Shown: in pieces, positions 27,992 to 42,654 of the stretch | Numbering within the stretch: position 1 is the stretch's first letter | Layout of the letters: the number at the start of each line of letters is the position of its first letter | DNA from: Schmidtea polychroa | Taxonomy: Eukaryota | Assembly (NCBI GenBank): GCA_044892525.1 | Contig: CM097886.1 | Span: 40,052,001 to 40,116,000, forward strand | DNA length: 64,000 nucleotides | Direction of reading: 5' to 3' | Notes under the pieces: generated by a model | Databases searched by the model: none | Seen by the model: the letters and a program-made list of their open reading frames with translations, nothing else | Told to the model about the DNA's origin: nothing | Position numbers and translations under genes: made by a program

Positions 27992-29519
27992 TGTGTGAGT
28001 GTCTCACACACATACAGACACACACACACACTCGCATACACACATGCATATCATCTAGTCATGCAGCAGTATCAAATTTTTTAATGAAGAAATCTCAATT
28101 ATTTAATGGAACTTTTAAATATCGATTTTATCTATTTTTTCCATATCCTGAAGGCTGTGAGGTTTAATCAGAATATTTTATAAACTTATTATGGTTTTGG
28201 GCTTTTATTATTTATCTACTTTTGCATTTCTGTTATTTAGCTTTATTGTATGAATAAATTTTGTAAATCTTTTATAATAATCTTTAATTATTATCTTTTA
28301 TATATATCAACCGGCAATTGATTATTATCGAATGGACAGTGATTTGGCTTTTTATAATATAAATATTAACTTACCTATAATAAATGTGTGTGTGTGTGTG
28401 TCGTAGCCAGGTGTGACATTGAATTAGCTTGGTCACATTAAATTGGCAATTACACTAGAAACATAGAAAAAAATCGCTGTTTGATGAAAAATAAATAAAT
28501 ACACAAACACTGTTCCCAAATTTTCTATAATAAAAATTACAGACAATTGGATATTGATTTAGCTTACGGACATTTAATAAGCTAAAAATTTTAAATTTTA
28601 AAACAATTAATTATAAAAAATGTATGATGTCAGAATCGACTATTCCATTTTAAAGATAAATGTTCTTTCAATACATGGACGAACAAGAGATTCAGTAGGC
28701 AATCGAGGTCCCAATATTTCTCTAGTTTTGGCAATATCCAAAGATGAGCCAATCCATTCACAAATTTTTATTGGCTCTTTTAAAAAGGAATCATATAAGT
28801 CATTTATGACCGAATTGACTATGAAACGATGGCTCTGGATTTATTTTGATCCACGATAATGCATCCATCCACAATAGTATATCTTCATTGAGTAATCAAA
28901 TTGAAAAGTTGCCTCCACATAATCCTATTTGAACCCCATCGAAAGTGTTCAGCAAAATTAAAAATGGGGTAAGGACTAAAGTTTCTTCGGCTGATGGATT
29001 TAGCAGACAGATTTACCTTCAATGACAAATTTACTGCAATAACGAGGAACTTCGAAAACCAGATTATAGTAATTTGAAAAATCATATAATCATTTGAATA
29101 ATCCTATTAAAAGATTCTCCCATAAATACTTGAAGAAACTGGATATTTTACGTGAACTATGAAAGATTTAATGTATATTTAAATAAATAAACAAATATCT
29201 TTTATCCTTATTTTAACATATAAACTTAAAATTTTAACTAAAACCGAAACAAAGCTCAATTGACATTTCTAAATCAATGTCTCATTATNNNNNNNNNNNN
29301 NNNNNNNNNNNNNNNNNNNNNNNNNNNNNNNNNNNNNNNNNNNNNNNNNNNNNNNNNNNNNNNNNNNNNNNNNNNNNNNNNNNNNNNNNNNNNNNNNNNN
29401 NNNNNNNNNNNNNNNNNNNNNNNNNGTCAGTCTGCCATTATAATTGCTATTTATAGAAACAGTATTGCATAATTATAATTTAATGAGTTAATTAGATAAT
29501 CTCAATAAGTTCGTTGTTG

Positions 29520-29680
29520 GTTGGGTGTTACTTGTTTTCTGATTTAAAATTCCGTGTTTGAAGATTACTGGAAACCTCTCCAATGTATGATGCATTGAAC
29601 CCATTACATACAAACTGATTTTGGAGTTGTAAATTTATTCCTGGACATATCTCATGATTTTATGACGGATACTTGATATT
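29520..29680 (-). mobile_element. Penelope-like GIY-YIG endonuclease remnant
   Basis: QFVCNGFNASYIGEVSSNLQTR resembles the Penelope motif YxxxCxxCxAxYIGETxRxLxTR. Surrounding sequence has stops. Confidence 0.5.
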
Positions 29681-30519
29681 TTTTTAATCTTCTGAATATG
29701 GAATAACTAAAACATGAAATTTTATACGTTTTCCATCGGTAAATAGAATGTAATGGCAGAGAGTGTGTGAGAACTTTTAGTTATATACTCACCGTGATAT
29801 GTATGATTGGGATTTCCCCTTAAGTTGATTAGATATATTGGTGTTTGTATGTTATGAAATAAGATTACGAGGAATTCTGGACACTATGATTATATCGTTG
29901 ATGTTTTTTTTTCTAGAAAGGCATCTTATCTCCTGCGAAAACGTCATAGGATTTATAGCTCCTTCCATCATCCTCTACCTCTTGTTCAATTTTTCATGTT
30001 TTACACGTCTGTAAAATAGCATTTACAGTATTCTATACTATGAATTAAAATAGTTGGTGCTCTCAATACTCTCACTGATCTCATCAAAACAAAGGAAAAT
30101 ATAGAAAGTTCTTATCTAAAAACTTTACTATTTATTCAGGATATAGAACTACTGCCGTCTTAATCAACTTCAAAAAAAGTAAACTGTAGCCAGTCAATTA
30201 AGTTGTGAACGATTGGCCGACCATCAGCAACGCTTTCATGTATGGAAGTGGAAGCAATTGACAGAATATCATTATTAGATTCGGGCTCCAAAGTTTCAAC
30301 GTTTCGAAAGTATTTAATGCTTCTTGTCTGTGAATATTGGCATGATTGTGCTTCCAACCTGATGTAAAGTACAGGCCACATTGATTATAAACACGTTCTC
30401 ACTCTCAACAAGTAACCAAGTTCCAAAATTTTGTTTAACTGGGTGACTATTGACTAAATATTTACTAAACATTTTATAGGTTAGTTAATTTGTGTGTAAT
30501 AATAATTGTAAGCAAATAT

Positions 30520-30930
30520 TGTTGGGCTAAAACTGATTTTAAGCCCAAGTAGCAGGAACGTGACTGAAAGGCGTCGAGAAATAGCATGCAGGCACAGCAT
30601 CAAGTCGTGTCATACTCAAAACACTTCAAAACATCGAATAAACAATTAAACAAAATCTAATCATCACCAAAATGATAAACACAAAAGTAAAATAAAGGGA
30701 AACAAAAGAAGTATTACCCGAAAAGAACTGAAACATAACATAGGTCCAAAATCGAAGTAAACAAATTTGAATTAATTGCGATGAGAGAAAGTAGGGATGG
30801 AAATTAGAAAGATTTCCACAAAATGTCATCAGAAAATGAATTAAGAATAACATTATAATAGAAATAAATTGAAAGCTAGAAAATTCTATGAAAATGGCGA
30901 AATCCTTCATGGCCACCAAGTAGTTAGCAT
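30520..30930 (+). mobile_element. 5' end of an LTR related to the LTR at 51689
   Basis: Starts TGTTGGGCTAAAACTGATTT versus TGTTGGGCTAGAACTGATTT at 51689, followed by GTGACTGAAA in both and A-rich U3-like sequence. Confidence 0.55.
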
Positions 30931-30972
30931 AGATGAACTGAATGATAAAATCTGGATCTAGAAGATTTTGGT

Positions 30973-31305
30973 TTGGAATACGGAGAAATTATGAACATGG
31001 AAGAGGTGGAAAGTTTTCGAAAAAGGCTATTGAGAGAAATTGTCCAACAACTTTCTCAGTCAAAGTACGAGTTGGTCGCAGTTGATCTTTCTCGCATTCT
31101 CGTAACAAAGCCTCATAGTGCAGATGTTGAGCGCTTGATAGGCAACTGCAATAATCTGAAAAGTCCATGTAAGTTATGTATGCATCTTGACACTGACAAC
31201 CTTAACCTGTTTGTACGTTACAACTTGCCAATTCTGTCTGAGTGGAGTTCAAACCCCTCACAGTGTGTAGATCGACAAAAGGGAATGATTGTGACTGACT
31301 GTTGA
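30973..31305 (+). mobile_element. hAT transposase C-terminal (dimerisation) fragment
   Basis: LSRILVTKPHSADVERLIGNCNNLKS...LFVRYNLPILSEW matches the hAT C-terminal SAxxERxFS region. Confidence 0.7.
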
Positions 31306-31719
31306 GAGAGTGTACAGATGTTATGGACTGTACATGTAAATCCGCTTATATATTCATTCAATGTGTGATAATACGGGTGTTTACTATCAAGAATATTAAC
31401 TTCTGTTAAAATGTGGTAAAATTCAGAACTGCACAAAACATTTTTTTACAACTGCACATTAGGAAAACCCTTGTGGAAGCTTTATATGCAAATGAAAAGT
31501 GTTACCTGGTAAAAAGTATAATAGGACTTAAGTGATTGGATAAGTTTAAAATTCAACCTTACACTACGAAATACGTATTGTTTTATGGATAAAGTGCTAA
31601 TTACGCACAATAACTAATCCGAAATCTATATTTATGGGAGTTTAATTTCAAATCATAATCATATTTAATAAAAATGAGACTAAAAATATTTATTTATTGC
31701 ATAGACAATTTTGTTCAAT

Positions 31720-32848
31720 TCAAATCAAGGGATAAACTGGTACTGCCGCTATTTTGCAGGCATTTATATTCCTAGGTAGTCGGAAATATCCTTCTTCACC
31801 CCAAAATGAGCTCCAACTATTTTTAATTATCCAATATGGTGTCCCGGTGGTTTCTTCGGTCCCGTATCCGACTATCAACACAGCGTGATTAATTTTTAGT
31901 CTATCGCATTCTTTGTCGAGGAAAATGCCTTTTGTATATTTTACAAGCGATTTAGGGGCAGATAATAATGCAGAAATAGGCCCAATTGTAACTAATGCTT
32001 CTTTCATTTTTTCTTCATCATTTTCTGGAATTTGAACAAATCCAGTATCGATTGCTACTACTTTGTTCTTGACGAAATTACATTTAGGATTCATCTCTGC
32101 GGTTTTGCCGGAAACGTAAGGATAACTTTCCTCATTTTCAATTCCTCCATTTGACTTAATATATGACAATGCGTCTTGGACAAATCCACCATCGCAATTG
32201 TCATCATTTGTATCGCAATCAACAATTTGTTGTTCTGATAAGCTGATCAATTTTCCAGTCTTCCTCCAGATCTGGCCTTCCAGAGTACCAGTAATAGCAA
32301 ATGCGTAGCATGATCCACATAGTCCTTGATCTTTTACTTCAGTAACAGCACCTTTCTCTCGCCAGTCGAATGAAGCTGGAAGGTCAATATTCACACTGGA
32401 TGGTAGATATGATGAGCCTGTGATATTTGATATTTTTAATTTAGTCATTTGAGTTAGTTCTTCACTACTCTTAAAACGAAATTTGTTTTAATTTTATATT
32501 GATAATTAAACAAAATGTTACCCAATCACTCAAATGATTGATTCCAATCTCGTATGATTTTTGACCGTTTTCATAAAGATGATTGTGACGATTAATCTCG
32601 AGTAAAGACGAGATGAAATTTAAAAATCTGAAGTTCTCTTCACGCTGGGAACTATAAGATTTATTATAACGCTGTTTAAAGGTTTGAAATTCTCCATCAT
32701 AACGAGACAAGAGAAATACCGTATTTTCTAGCTCCAAAGTGCTAGGAATGCCATCATTATGAACTGATTTTTTATAGTTATAAGTAGTTCTGGCTTCCGT
32801 TATCACTATAAATAGTGCAAAGGATACGATAGGACATTTCCAAACCAT
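31720..32848 (-). CDS. CTSL: Cathepsin L-like papain (C1A) cysteine protease, 2 exons, 358 aa
   Basis: Exons 32848-32522 and 32469-31720 (52-nt GT-AG intron). Signal peptide, I29 propeptide with ERFNIN-like and GINHLSD motifs, and LPASFDWREKG. Catalytic Q..CGSCYAF, NHAVLIVGYG and IIKNSW are intact. Confidence 0.95.
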
Positions 32849-34369
32849 TGTATAAATAAATATGTTGAAAATCAAATATCCTATTTATATATTTGATATT
32901 CAGCGCGTGATTATTACGACGTAATCCTTATCAAAGTAGAATTTCCATTGTTTTCAATGATGCTGCATAACATGCGATGAAATTTCGTTTACAGTTAGAT
33001 AAGCATTAGATAACCTTGTAATTCTTTTTTGTAATCTGAAATTATTTGGAAATGCTTAAATGATCACCTATCAATGCCTCCTTTACAAATATCAGCAAAA
33101 CCCGGTTGGAAATTGAGCGCATACATTTTTTTTTATTATCGAATTCTTTACACTTATTTGTGGAAAGTTTTCGAAAAAGACCACTTGCAGAAATTATTCA
33201 GAATTGCTGAGAGAAGGCGGTTAAACAAAAAAAGGAAGAGGGGAAAATAGCTTGACAGCCATCAGAAATAAAAATGGACCAGTCGGGGAAAGCAGGAGAA
33301 AGAAAGTGGAAAAACAGTTGATTATCTTGAGTGCCACAATATAAGCAAACTATATGAAGAGAAACTGACAGAGACAAAATTAGAGAAAAAGAGTGACGCG
33401 AAATTGAGACGAAATTTAAGAGACAATTTGAGAAACAATGTGAGAGACAATTTGTGCGATAAAATTATTGGAGAAAAATTTGACAACGTTGGACGAAACG
33501 TTGTTGGAGAAATAATAGTGAAAAATAATTGTAAAGAAAACGATTGTGGAGAATAATTATTGGAGAAGAGTTGAAGAAAAGAATTAGTGAGAAATAAAAC
33601 GAAAAGAAGTTACTTGAGTACTTGAAATAATTTGTGAAGAATGTCAGAGAAAACAACCAGCTCAAAGTCCCAGTTGATACACCAATCAGTAATTTGTGAT
33701 ATTTTAATCCGGTGTTATATTCAAGTGCTATTCCTCACTGAGTGTTGTAATAAGCATTGTATAGTCACCAAGCAGAGTGTTGAATTTATTGTCAGTGTAA
33801 AGTGAAAGTTATTTGTGATTATCAATAAAAATTTCTGTTGTCCAGTGTTTTTTGTGGATCGTTTAAAGACACGTTTGGAGTCAGAGTAACATTTAAATTT
33901 ATCACCAACTCAATAACCCAACAATATTAATAGCATTATTAACGACAATAAGAATCTTTTTAAAATGACTAATAATAATAATAAGAATATTAAGAATAAT
34001 AATAAATATCCAAATAATAATTATTAATCCTACTAATCTTGTTCNNNNNNNNNNNNNNNNNNNNNNNNNNNNNNNNNNNNNNNNNNNNNNNNNNNNNNNN
34101 NNNNNNNNNNNNNNNNNNNNNNNNNNNNNNNNNNNNNNNNNNNNNNNNNNNNNNNNNNNNNNNNNNNNNNNNNNNNNNNNNNNNNNNNNNNNNCATAAAG
34201 TAGCATTGAATATTCTAGAAAATGGCCATATTCATCATGATAGTGAAATTAAATAAAATATAAAATTTAGAACATATAATAAATCATAATTATAAAAAAT
34301 GCCATCAAAATTGATAAAAAATTAAATTCAAAATGAATCAGAATTAAAATAATTCAAATTAATTTTACT

Positions 34370-36240
34370 GAATCAGTACAAGCATACATACTCGGACACC
34401 AAAATCAGACTATATATACCGACGCATTTCGGTCACAATTTAATCTGAAATTTTTGGCAGACCAAATCTTTTGTTTGAAATACATATTTGAATACTGAAA
34501 GTAAGGTAATTTTTATTGTACGTATGTTATACTTTAATTATATATGATATAATCACACAGTGGATTTTGTTTTTTTGTTGTTTCATTTTCTTAAAACGAA
34601 ATCACTTTTGATGGCTAAAACTCATACCTTTTTTGGCCCACAGCCACTATCATAAACTAATAGTTATGGTGTAAAGTTTTCAACTCACTAAAACATAATA
34701 ATAATTTATTACCATTTAGAGTTAATAATCAAAATAAGATTTACTATTCCGTCAGCATCATTCAGTGCCTCAAAACTTTGAGCAATTTTTGAAAATTCGA
34801 GTTTCAGACCATACACCATTTTGGGCATTTGGGATGTTTTGTTGTATTGTAAACATGCTTTAAGATCTTGATTTTGAAATTATTTATGAATTCTTTGTTT
34901 TTAATTTTAGGTGGGGTGGCTAGCTCTTGCCGTGTCCCGTGGTTCTATCTAATCCCCGGAATCTACCCGCTTGGCCCGGTTATATTTCCACACCAGCAGC
35001 AATTCTTAAATACAAGACGTTATTAACAAATTTTGTGCAACGAATAATCTATTACTCTAGTTCTATGAAAACTATAAATTCTTGATTACCTGTAACCCAC
35101 GCCTAGAGTCCAGTGGGACCTGTGAAGCGAGCAACTTTTTGTTTCTGTAATTGTAATGAACCTATAGTTCATGTTGACGACATTCTTAAATGACTTTTAA
35201 AATGAATTTTATTATGACTTTTGTTTTAGTATAGGACACTAAGCACTCGTCACACTAATGTCCAGTGGACTATGTGGGGTGAGTATCCAAATTGAATTTG
35301 ACTTAAAGTGATAATATTAACCATAGATCAATGACGAAGGTTTCATTAATCATATGATAAACTTTAACTGAATACTTTAAAACTTGAAAATAAGGGCAAA
35401 TCCATACTCAAAAATTATAAGGGTTAACTTGAACATCGATAATAAGGAAAAAGAGAAATGAACATAAGGGCTCAAAATTTTGAAAGTTAATTCTAACTAT
35501 TAAAATAACTGAATGGATAAAAGAAAATAAGGTCAAATCCCTGCACAAAATTTATTTTAACTTCTCGTAAAGAGAAGTAGATGAGTAAAAAATAAGTGCA
35601 AAATTTTGAAAGAGATTGTTTTAAATAGGGATTATATGAAGAGGAAGTAGACAAAAGTAAGGGCAGATCCTTACGCATACTTTAAGAGTTAACTTTGAGA
35701 CTTAGAACTACAATTATCAAACTTAAGAATAAAGGCGGTTCCTTGCCCAAAATTTTGGATAGAGCAGTTCAAATAATGGTAATTTAGGGTAAATCAAATC
35801 GAACTGAACAATGAGAGTGAATTTTGGGAAACATCTACATAACGACCTAGAATATTTTTAAATAAAACTTGAAAATAAGGACAGAACCCTGCACAAACTT
35901 TGGGGAAGATAGTTAACATGCAGATGACTATAAGAATGAGGCCTAATACAAACTAAATCAGGTGGGGTGCCTAGGGAGTTCCAACTCAAGAGTCCAAGCT
36001 TTAAAACTTAGAGATTAGGGTGAATCCATGCTTAAAAGTTTAAAGGTAACCATAGACCTTAGAACTGAACTTTCAAACGTAAAATTAAGGGGTGATCGTC
36101 ACCAAAGGTTTCAATGGATACTGTCATCGTAAGGCAGGTCGAACTTCTCATTAACTTCCTGGGAATAAAAATAAAATTTGTGTCCATTAATCGAATTACA
36201 ATTACGATAGTAATAAATCTGACGATCACTTTTTGCAACT
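34370..36240 (+). mobile_element. LTR-derived remnant (promoter plus short internal repeats)
   Basis: TATATATACCGACGCATTT at 34411 is identical to 52348, and TGAAA|GTAAGG donor at 34501 matches 52436. Repeats AACTTGAAAATAAGGG..ATCC (35370-36100) are the reverse complement of repeats at 43650-43920. Confidence 0.55.
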
Positions 36241-39238
36241 AGGAATATATTTATAGATTTCAAAATCGAAGTCGTAAAATCAATTGTATTAAAAAATCAT
36301 TAAAAATACAAGAAAAGTCATTATTGACAAATTGAATAATTTTCATAAGATGCATTTAGAAGTAAACTGCAGGCTAAATCATATCTAAATAATAAATTAA
36401 ATTCTCAGTAATACCTTTTTTTAAATTTAATTTTAAATTTTTAATTCCGTTATATATTCCATTTATTAAAATTGAAGATTGAATCATCAAATAAATTATT
36501 ATAGAAATAAAACATATGCAGAATAATAATTGGAATATGTTGAAAAGTAATTTTCCTTTCTTTTTGGGTCTTCTAAAAATAATTTTATCACTCCTTTCTA
36601 AATATTGATATTACATGTAATTATTTTTCCAATGAGTGCGTCGATTTACTACTGTGTCTTGTAAACTACTGCTACATTCTAATAAAAGCTCATGATCATC
36701 TGAATAAATAAAGTCATAAAATTTATTAGAGAACATGAAAGTAATATTGAATTTGTAAAAGGAATGTTTTTTAAATCAATTTAATTTTGAAGTAGAAATT
36801 ATAAAAAAAATCAGTTAATTGATTATATATTCATTTTAAATTATAAATTATTACCTTCGAAATTCATAGTAACATTAAAAATATTTCATGAACTTAAACA
36901 ACTATTCAAATAAATATTTGGAACTAAATTAGTATTACATTTTTAGAAAGAAATTAGAGTACTAACCCTTTACAATTCATTGAAAAAGTATTTTCCAGAT
37001 CATTATCAATTTTGTGTTCATTGGTTAAAATTTTCAAAGCTTCAAGGTATTTTGGACAAAAAATAGGATATAGGCCCACGTATCAGTAACATGATCGGAA
37101 TGCGTCCGAAAATTGCGTGCAGACACAGCACTAGGTAAAGGTTAAATAAAAAATCAAATATTATTTGTTGTTTGTTGCAGGAAGTCTATGAATTTTCTAA
37201 TAATCCTTTCGGCGCCAAAGTCATAAAATCTCTACTAGCAAGATGATTTTTATGAACTATTAGTTGATGCACGATTTGCGACTTTTAGGCTACATGGTAA
37301 CAGACACAATACGAGAAAATAGAACTAAGGCATGCCACTTAGCGCTGCGAACGGTATAATTTAAGCAGAGTACGACTATCGATTTGACACAAAAAAATGA
37401 AATCACAATATTACACTGAAAAGGCATTGATGTTGTTACATTCAGTTTCAAGTTTGAGAATATAGATCTTCAGAGAAAAGTGAATATGTTGTACAAAGCT
37501 CGAAAGAAAAATGTGACGTGTCCTAAGATTGTTTATAAATTACAACAGAGGAATGGGTGGCGTTGACTAAATGGATAAGTCTATCAGTCTTTACCAAGTG
37601 TCCATAAGAGAAAAAATATGACAATTTAAATACTTGTCCATAGTATGTTTTACTTAGTAAAACTGAACAGATGACCACCATGGATGTAACGAGAGATTGC
37701 ATGAGGGTATGCATGTTGAATGATAAAGGTAGGTCCATCACCACATTTGGCCTAAATAAATATCACAGAACGGTCCCAAAAAAATATCGAATTAACATAA
37801 ATGCCAAAGAACGCCAATAAACAGAATAGGAATTCCCCAAGTCAACGACGATTCAATGACCCAGTCGACCAATTATCTATTGTAAATTGATTTTTAAATA
37901 ATTATTAGTAATGACTCTTTATAACATTTATTTGGGATTTTATTATTTGTAGTGATGTACAATCTATTTATTGTTTGATTCCTTTATTTTTACATGAAAC
38001 CTTGGAGATAAATTAATTGGAGATAAATTAATTAAATAAATAAATTAATTAAATATAAATAAAAAAAAATTTATAAAATCAATCATAATTAACATTTTGT
38101 TAAAAGTAATAATTAAATAAGGATAGTTAAAAATATTCTTGAAATAAAATAATATAATTCTTTTCTTATAATAACAGCTGTACAAAATTTGTATAAATAG
38201 TAACACAAAATAAGTATTGTTCGCCCAAAAATCTTTACTTTGATTCATGAGTCTTACAGAGTTAATCTTCACGAGCCTTTAATTATTTAAAAGATAGACA
38301 GAAATCTTATACGTACTTTTTACATGCAAACATAAAGCAATGATAACATAACAGCAATTTACATTGCACGTACAATCGCTGAAAATTTTGAATTTGAAAA
38401 GATAAATAGAAAGAATTTTTAAAATTATTTACAGGTGTCAATTTTTTATTATTAAATATTTCTTAACAGACTTATTTTGTATCTATATAGAAATCAACAA
38501 TGAAAGTTGTATTTTCAAATAAAATTGAGACCTCAACGTCATCAGCAATATTTGCGCTGGATGGGAAAACAAGCATCACAACAAGAAGCAAATAGAAAAA
38601 AAATACAATGTATTATTTGTATAAACCTAGGTCAGTGTCTGAAAACGTTGTGTTGAACGACTTTGCTCTGGGCAGTTTCACTAATGCTATATATATTAAT
38701 TTAATATTGAAGTTATTGAAGAGTTTATTTTTATTAAACCTTTTAATTTGTTAGATGTCATAAAAATTTGATGTTCATAATGTTGTCATCATTTACTTTT
38801 CGGGCAGAACATGGTTAATCCTCAATTTGTATGTTTCTGCAAGATTCTTAGCTTCATTCAATAATACCCATGTTTTATAATTCTATTTATTATGCCAAGT
38901 TTCCCATTAAAATTTCACTGTTATATGACAATAAAAATTTTAGAAAACTTTACGTTATTAATTACAAAACTATTTGATGTTTCATTTTAAATTCATTTAT
39001 TGATCTTAAGTCATTTTGCTACCCCATCACATTTGGTGCTTCAAAAGTTAAGTTTTACCTGGTACCACAAAATGTTATTCGCTACTATTTAATCCATTCA
39101 AAAATTGTTCAAAAAAAATCAATATATATATTTTTAATTTTATGCATATCACGTTATCAATTAAAACCAATTTTTTCTTAAGCCAAAAAAATGGATTCAT
39201 AAAACAATTTTAAAAATCGATAAATTTTATATTTTAAT

Positions 39239-40474
39239 TTATTTTCTCATTCTCTTCTTCTGTGGACCAAAATTTCTGTCATTTCTCTGAAAATTAAAAA
39301 TAAATATTTAAGAAAAATAAATATTGAAATCTTACTTTTCGCTTTTGCCCCTGTTCGGTTAAAATAATGCTCCAGTAATTTTTCTCATCAGCATCGGCTA
39401 AAACTGCACCAGTAAATGCATAATTCTGATATTTGAAAAGATCATTTCCTTCAGATTCATAAAGCTTTTTCAAGGCAGATTCAGCGGAATTCTCCTTGCC
39501 CATCCTTATAATAATCTTTCCAGTTATTGGCATATATTCAACCCACGCAACTGGGGCAACTTCTTCCAAATTCGAAGTTAACCAACTTTTTAAATTCTTG
39601 GTTGCCGATCGACTATCTCTTCCATCTGAAAATTCTCCATTGTCATTTTCATCACCCTCTTTTTTTACAAAAGAAAGCTCAATAAGTGCGCCTCTAGTCA
39701 TTTTAGATTGTAATAAAGCCTCTTTCGCAGCTACTGCCTCCTTTTGGCGAATATCTTTTTCTTTAAGTCTTTCTTCATGTTCACTTTTCTTTGATTCCAA
39801 ATAATCCTTTCTATAAATGAATAAAATTATATTAATAAATAAATTATTAACTTACTGCCACATTCTAATAATATCATTATTTTTATATTTTGCAGCTTCA
39901 TCACAAGAAATAAATTTTTCAGCATCTTCTCGATTTTTGAAGACAGCAAAAACACTTCCTTTGAAAGTTTTATCTTTTGGCAAACGCCTCAAGTGAATAT
40001 TCATTGTTGGACCACCATGAAGTTCCAAAAATTCCATGATTGTATCTATTGTTTCTTGATTAGAAAACCCTTTGACGTATACACTTCTATCAAGATTCTT
40101 CTCAGTAATTTCTTGCAAGTTAGATGGCAAGACAAGGGAGGAATTTCTACGAATTCCTTCGTCATTTGCTTCAACTATTTCGGATTTAGAATTTTGAACA
40201 GCCAGTTTAATCAAATCTTTATCATCCGATATACTTTTCAATCTTGGAAATTTCAATAATTCATCATATGAAACCCCTAATGATATTTGTAAAAGAATAA
40301 ATTAGGAAAATAAAAAGTTTACATCCTTCGATTGAGTTATCAATTAAATTCTTTAAATGTTTATCTTTAACAAGATTGATATCACTGAAGTAATACTAGA
40401 GAAATTAAAAGTATTTAAAGAAAATATTAAAATACTTCAATTTGTTTAACCAATTTTGTTTCAACTTCTACCAT
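39239..40474 (-). CDS. SSB: La autoantigen (La motif, RRM1, xRRM), 5 exons, 351 aa
   Basis: Exons 40474-40436, 40395-40323, 40276-39856, 39810-39336, 39286-39239, with 40-49 nt GT-AG introns, total 1056 nt. KQIEYYFSDINLVKDKHL, EGWVSYDELLKFPRLK, RSVYVKGF, FKGSVFAVF; basic C-terminal NLS-like KKRMRK. Confidence 0.95.
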
Positions 40475-42654
40475 TTTATAAAAAAACGTTTTTCGAATTC
40501 TAAAAGTGAAACCATACACGATATTTAAACAATCATATTTTTTATTTTTAAATATTATTTCTTAATATCCAAAATACAAATGTTGTCATGAATTATTTGA
40601 TTATTTTTTTGCAATATGCAAATAAATTTTATACTTTTAAAACTTTGTTTGAAGAATAAATTTATTTAATTAAATAAAACATGATAAATTATTATTTATT
40701 ATAAGCAATCGTATTAATAATTATTTCTAACTATTTAGATTCTGCATCCAATGACAATCATAAAGGTTAATCAATGCACTGAATAAAGTGTTGCTTGGAA
40801 CTGATCAAACCTGATATTATATATTTCCATAATCTATATGGGCGAAAAACATTGCATATGTTTAATGACTTATTTGTAATTGGTATTAGAGAAATTGGTC
40901 TCTCCCGTCTTCACCACTAACTTTATCACACAAACAAGTGGTTTATTCCACAGATAATCGCATTATTTAAGAAATCCATATTTTCCAACTTTTATTTTGG
41001 TTGTATTTTTATTACTCGTCTCGGCTTAGGAACCTTAATATCACGACCTATAACTCATTCTTTAAAGTCTTTCCTAAATAACACAACACTCACATATTTG
41101 TACTGACGATTTTGTAGGTACTTGATTCTATCCGGCACACACTTTTCCATTTTAATGTATATACTTCATTATTTCGTTTACTGAAATCTTATGTCGTGCG
41201 AGAACAGTTTCTTTTAATTCTCCGAATCGATTAAATGACTGGGTTCACGATTTCAAAGTCAATTTTGAAAAAGTCTTTCTATCTATTTTTGTCGAGGGCA
41301 GGGCCGTGAAAAGCTTGGACGGGCCACGGTAAAATGATTATTATAATAATTTTTTAAATCAAAATTTTTATATGTTTTGTTTGTATGCAAGCATACTTTT
41401 GGTTGAACGGACAATTGGTTTTTTTGAAATGAAATATATTTGAAAATATTGAACATCAAATGTAAATTTGCAGCCCTTTATATGCGCCTCTTGGTTCGGG
41501 AATCAATCACTCGATCCCACAGCTCAATTGTCACAGGTAGTAGAATAGATCCAGCGCCAATGACAATTGAGCATTAGTATGCTTGCATACAAACAAAACA
41601 AGAAACAAATTATCGGACATAGATTCAAAAAGAAATTTAATTGTAATGCCGACCACCACATCACAATAGGGCCTACTGTACCGAATTCAATGTTGCCGGG
41701 AAAGTAGGTAAATTTTAATTAATTTGACTTTTTAGTAAAGTATATACCTAACTTGACATTTAAAGTATCTAAATTACATAACCCTAGGAGCTTAAATGGG
41801 GAGTATCCCTAGACTCAATTTATCACATTAAAATTTCAAAAAAATGTAGCCGATTAATTTCTAATGAATTATGTAATTGTCTAAATTCATGTTTGCTAAA
41901 AAAACAAGGAAATCCCTACTCAAAATTTTCAAAGCGAATTAGAATTTGTGAACTACCCACTTATTGGTTGACCGAGCTTCATAATCAAGTATTCATTCAC
42001 ACTTAATACTTCATTTTCTTATGTTTCACAACTGTGCGAAATTGTACACTCTTTCCTTATACTTCGATAAAGACAGTCAACTATATCTCTCTAACTATTA
42101 AAAACGATCTTATAGTTATTAGTATATGGTGTATGGAAAACGGGTCTTATAAATTGTAACTTTCGTCTTGGTGGAAAATTTTTCCTATTAATATCCCAGT
42201 TATATGATGATGGTAAACCACCTCGAAACTCTAAATACAAATTAGATTTATATTACATGTTGGAAAAAGCATAATTTACATTTTTATCTATACCCCAAAG
42301 TTACATAATGATAATAAATTATATTAAACTTATTAATGTAAATTCAATATATATTCTAATCATTGATGAAAATCATAACTTTAAAATTAATAAATTCCAC
42401 TTTTCTATCTATACCCGCCCCACCGAGTTATATAATGATAATAAATTATATTGACCTTTTTAATATAAATTTGAAATATATTTCAATTGTTTGGAAAAAT
42501 CATAACTTTAGAAAGCATAAATTCCATTTTTATCAAATACTCTCCAGGTTCATGAGTGTCCGCAAGGGGGGGGGCAAGAGGGGGCACTTGCTTACTTGTA
42601 TTTCCCAAACCATTCTAGTTTTCGATTATTTTAAACACATTTTAATAGATGCGT

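Noticed and set aside
28620-29160. Possible decayed exons on the minus strand
   Set aside because: Protein-like stretches are split among frames, and I could not recognise a family.
40780-41290. Possible LINE reverse-transcriptase remnant
   Set aside because: Only a short AHIDYGNI-like motif amid many stops; insufficient support.
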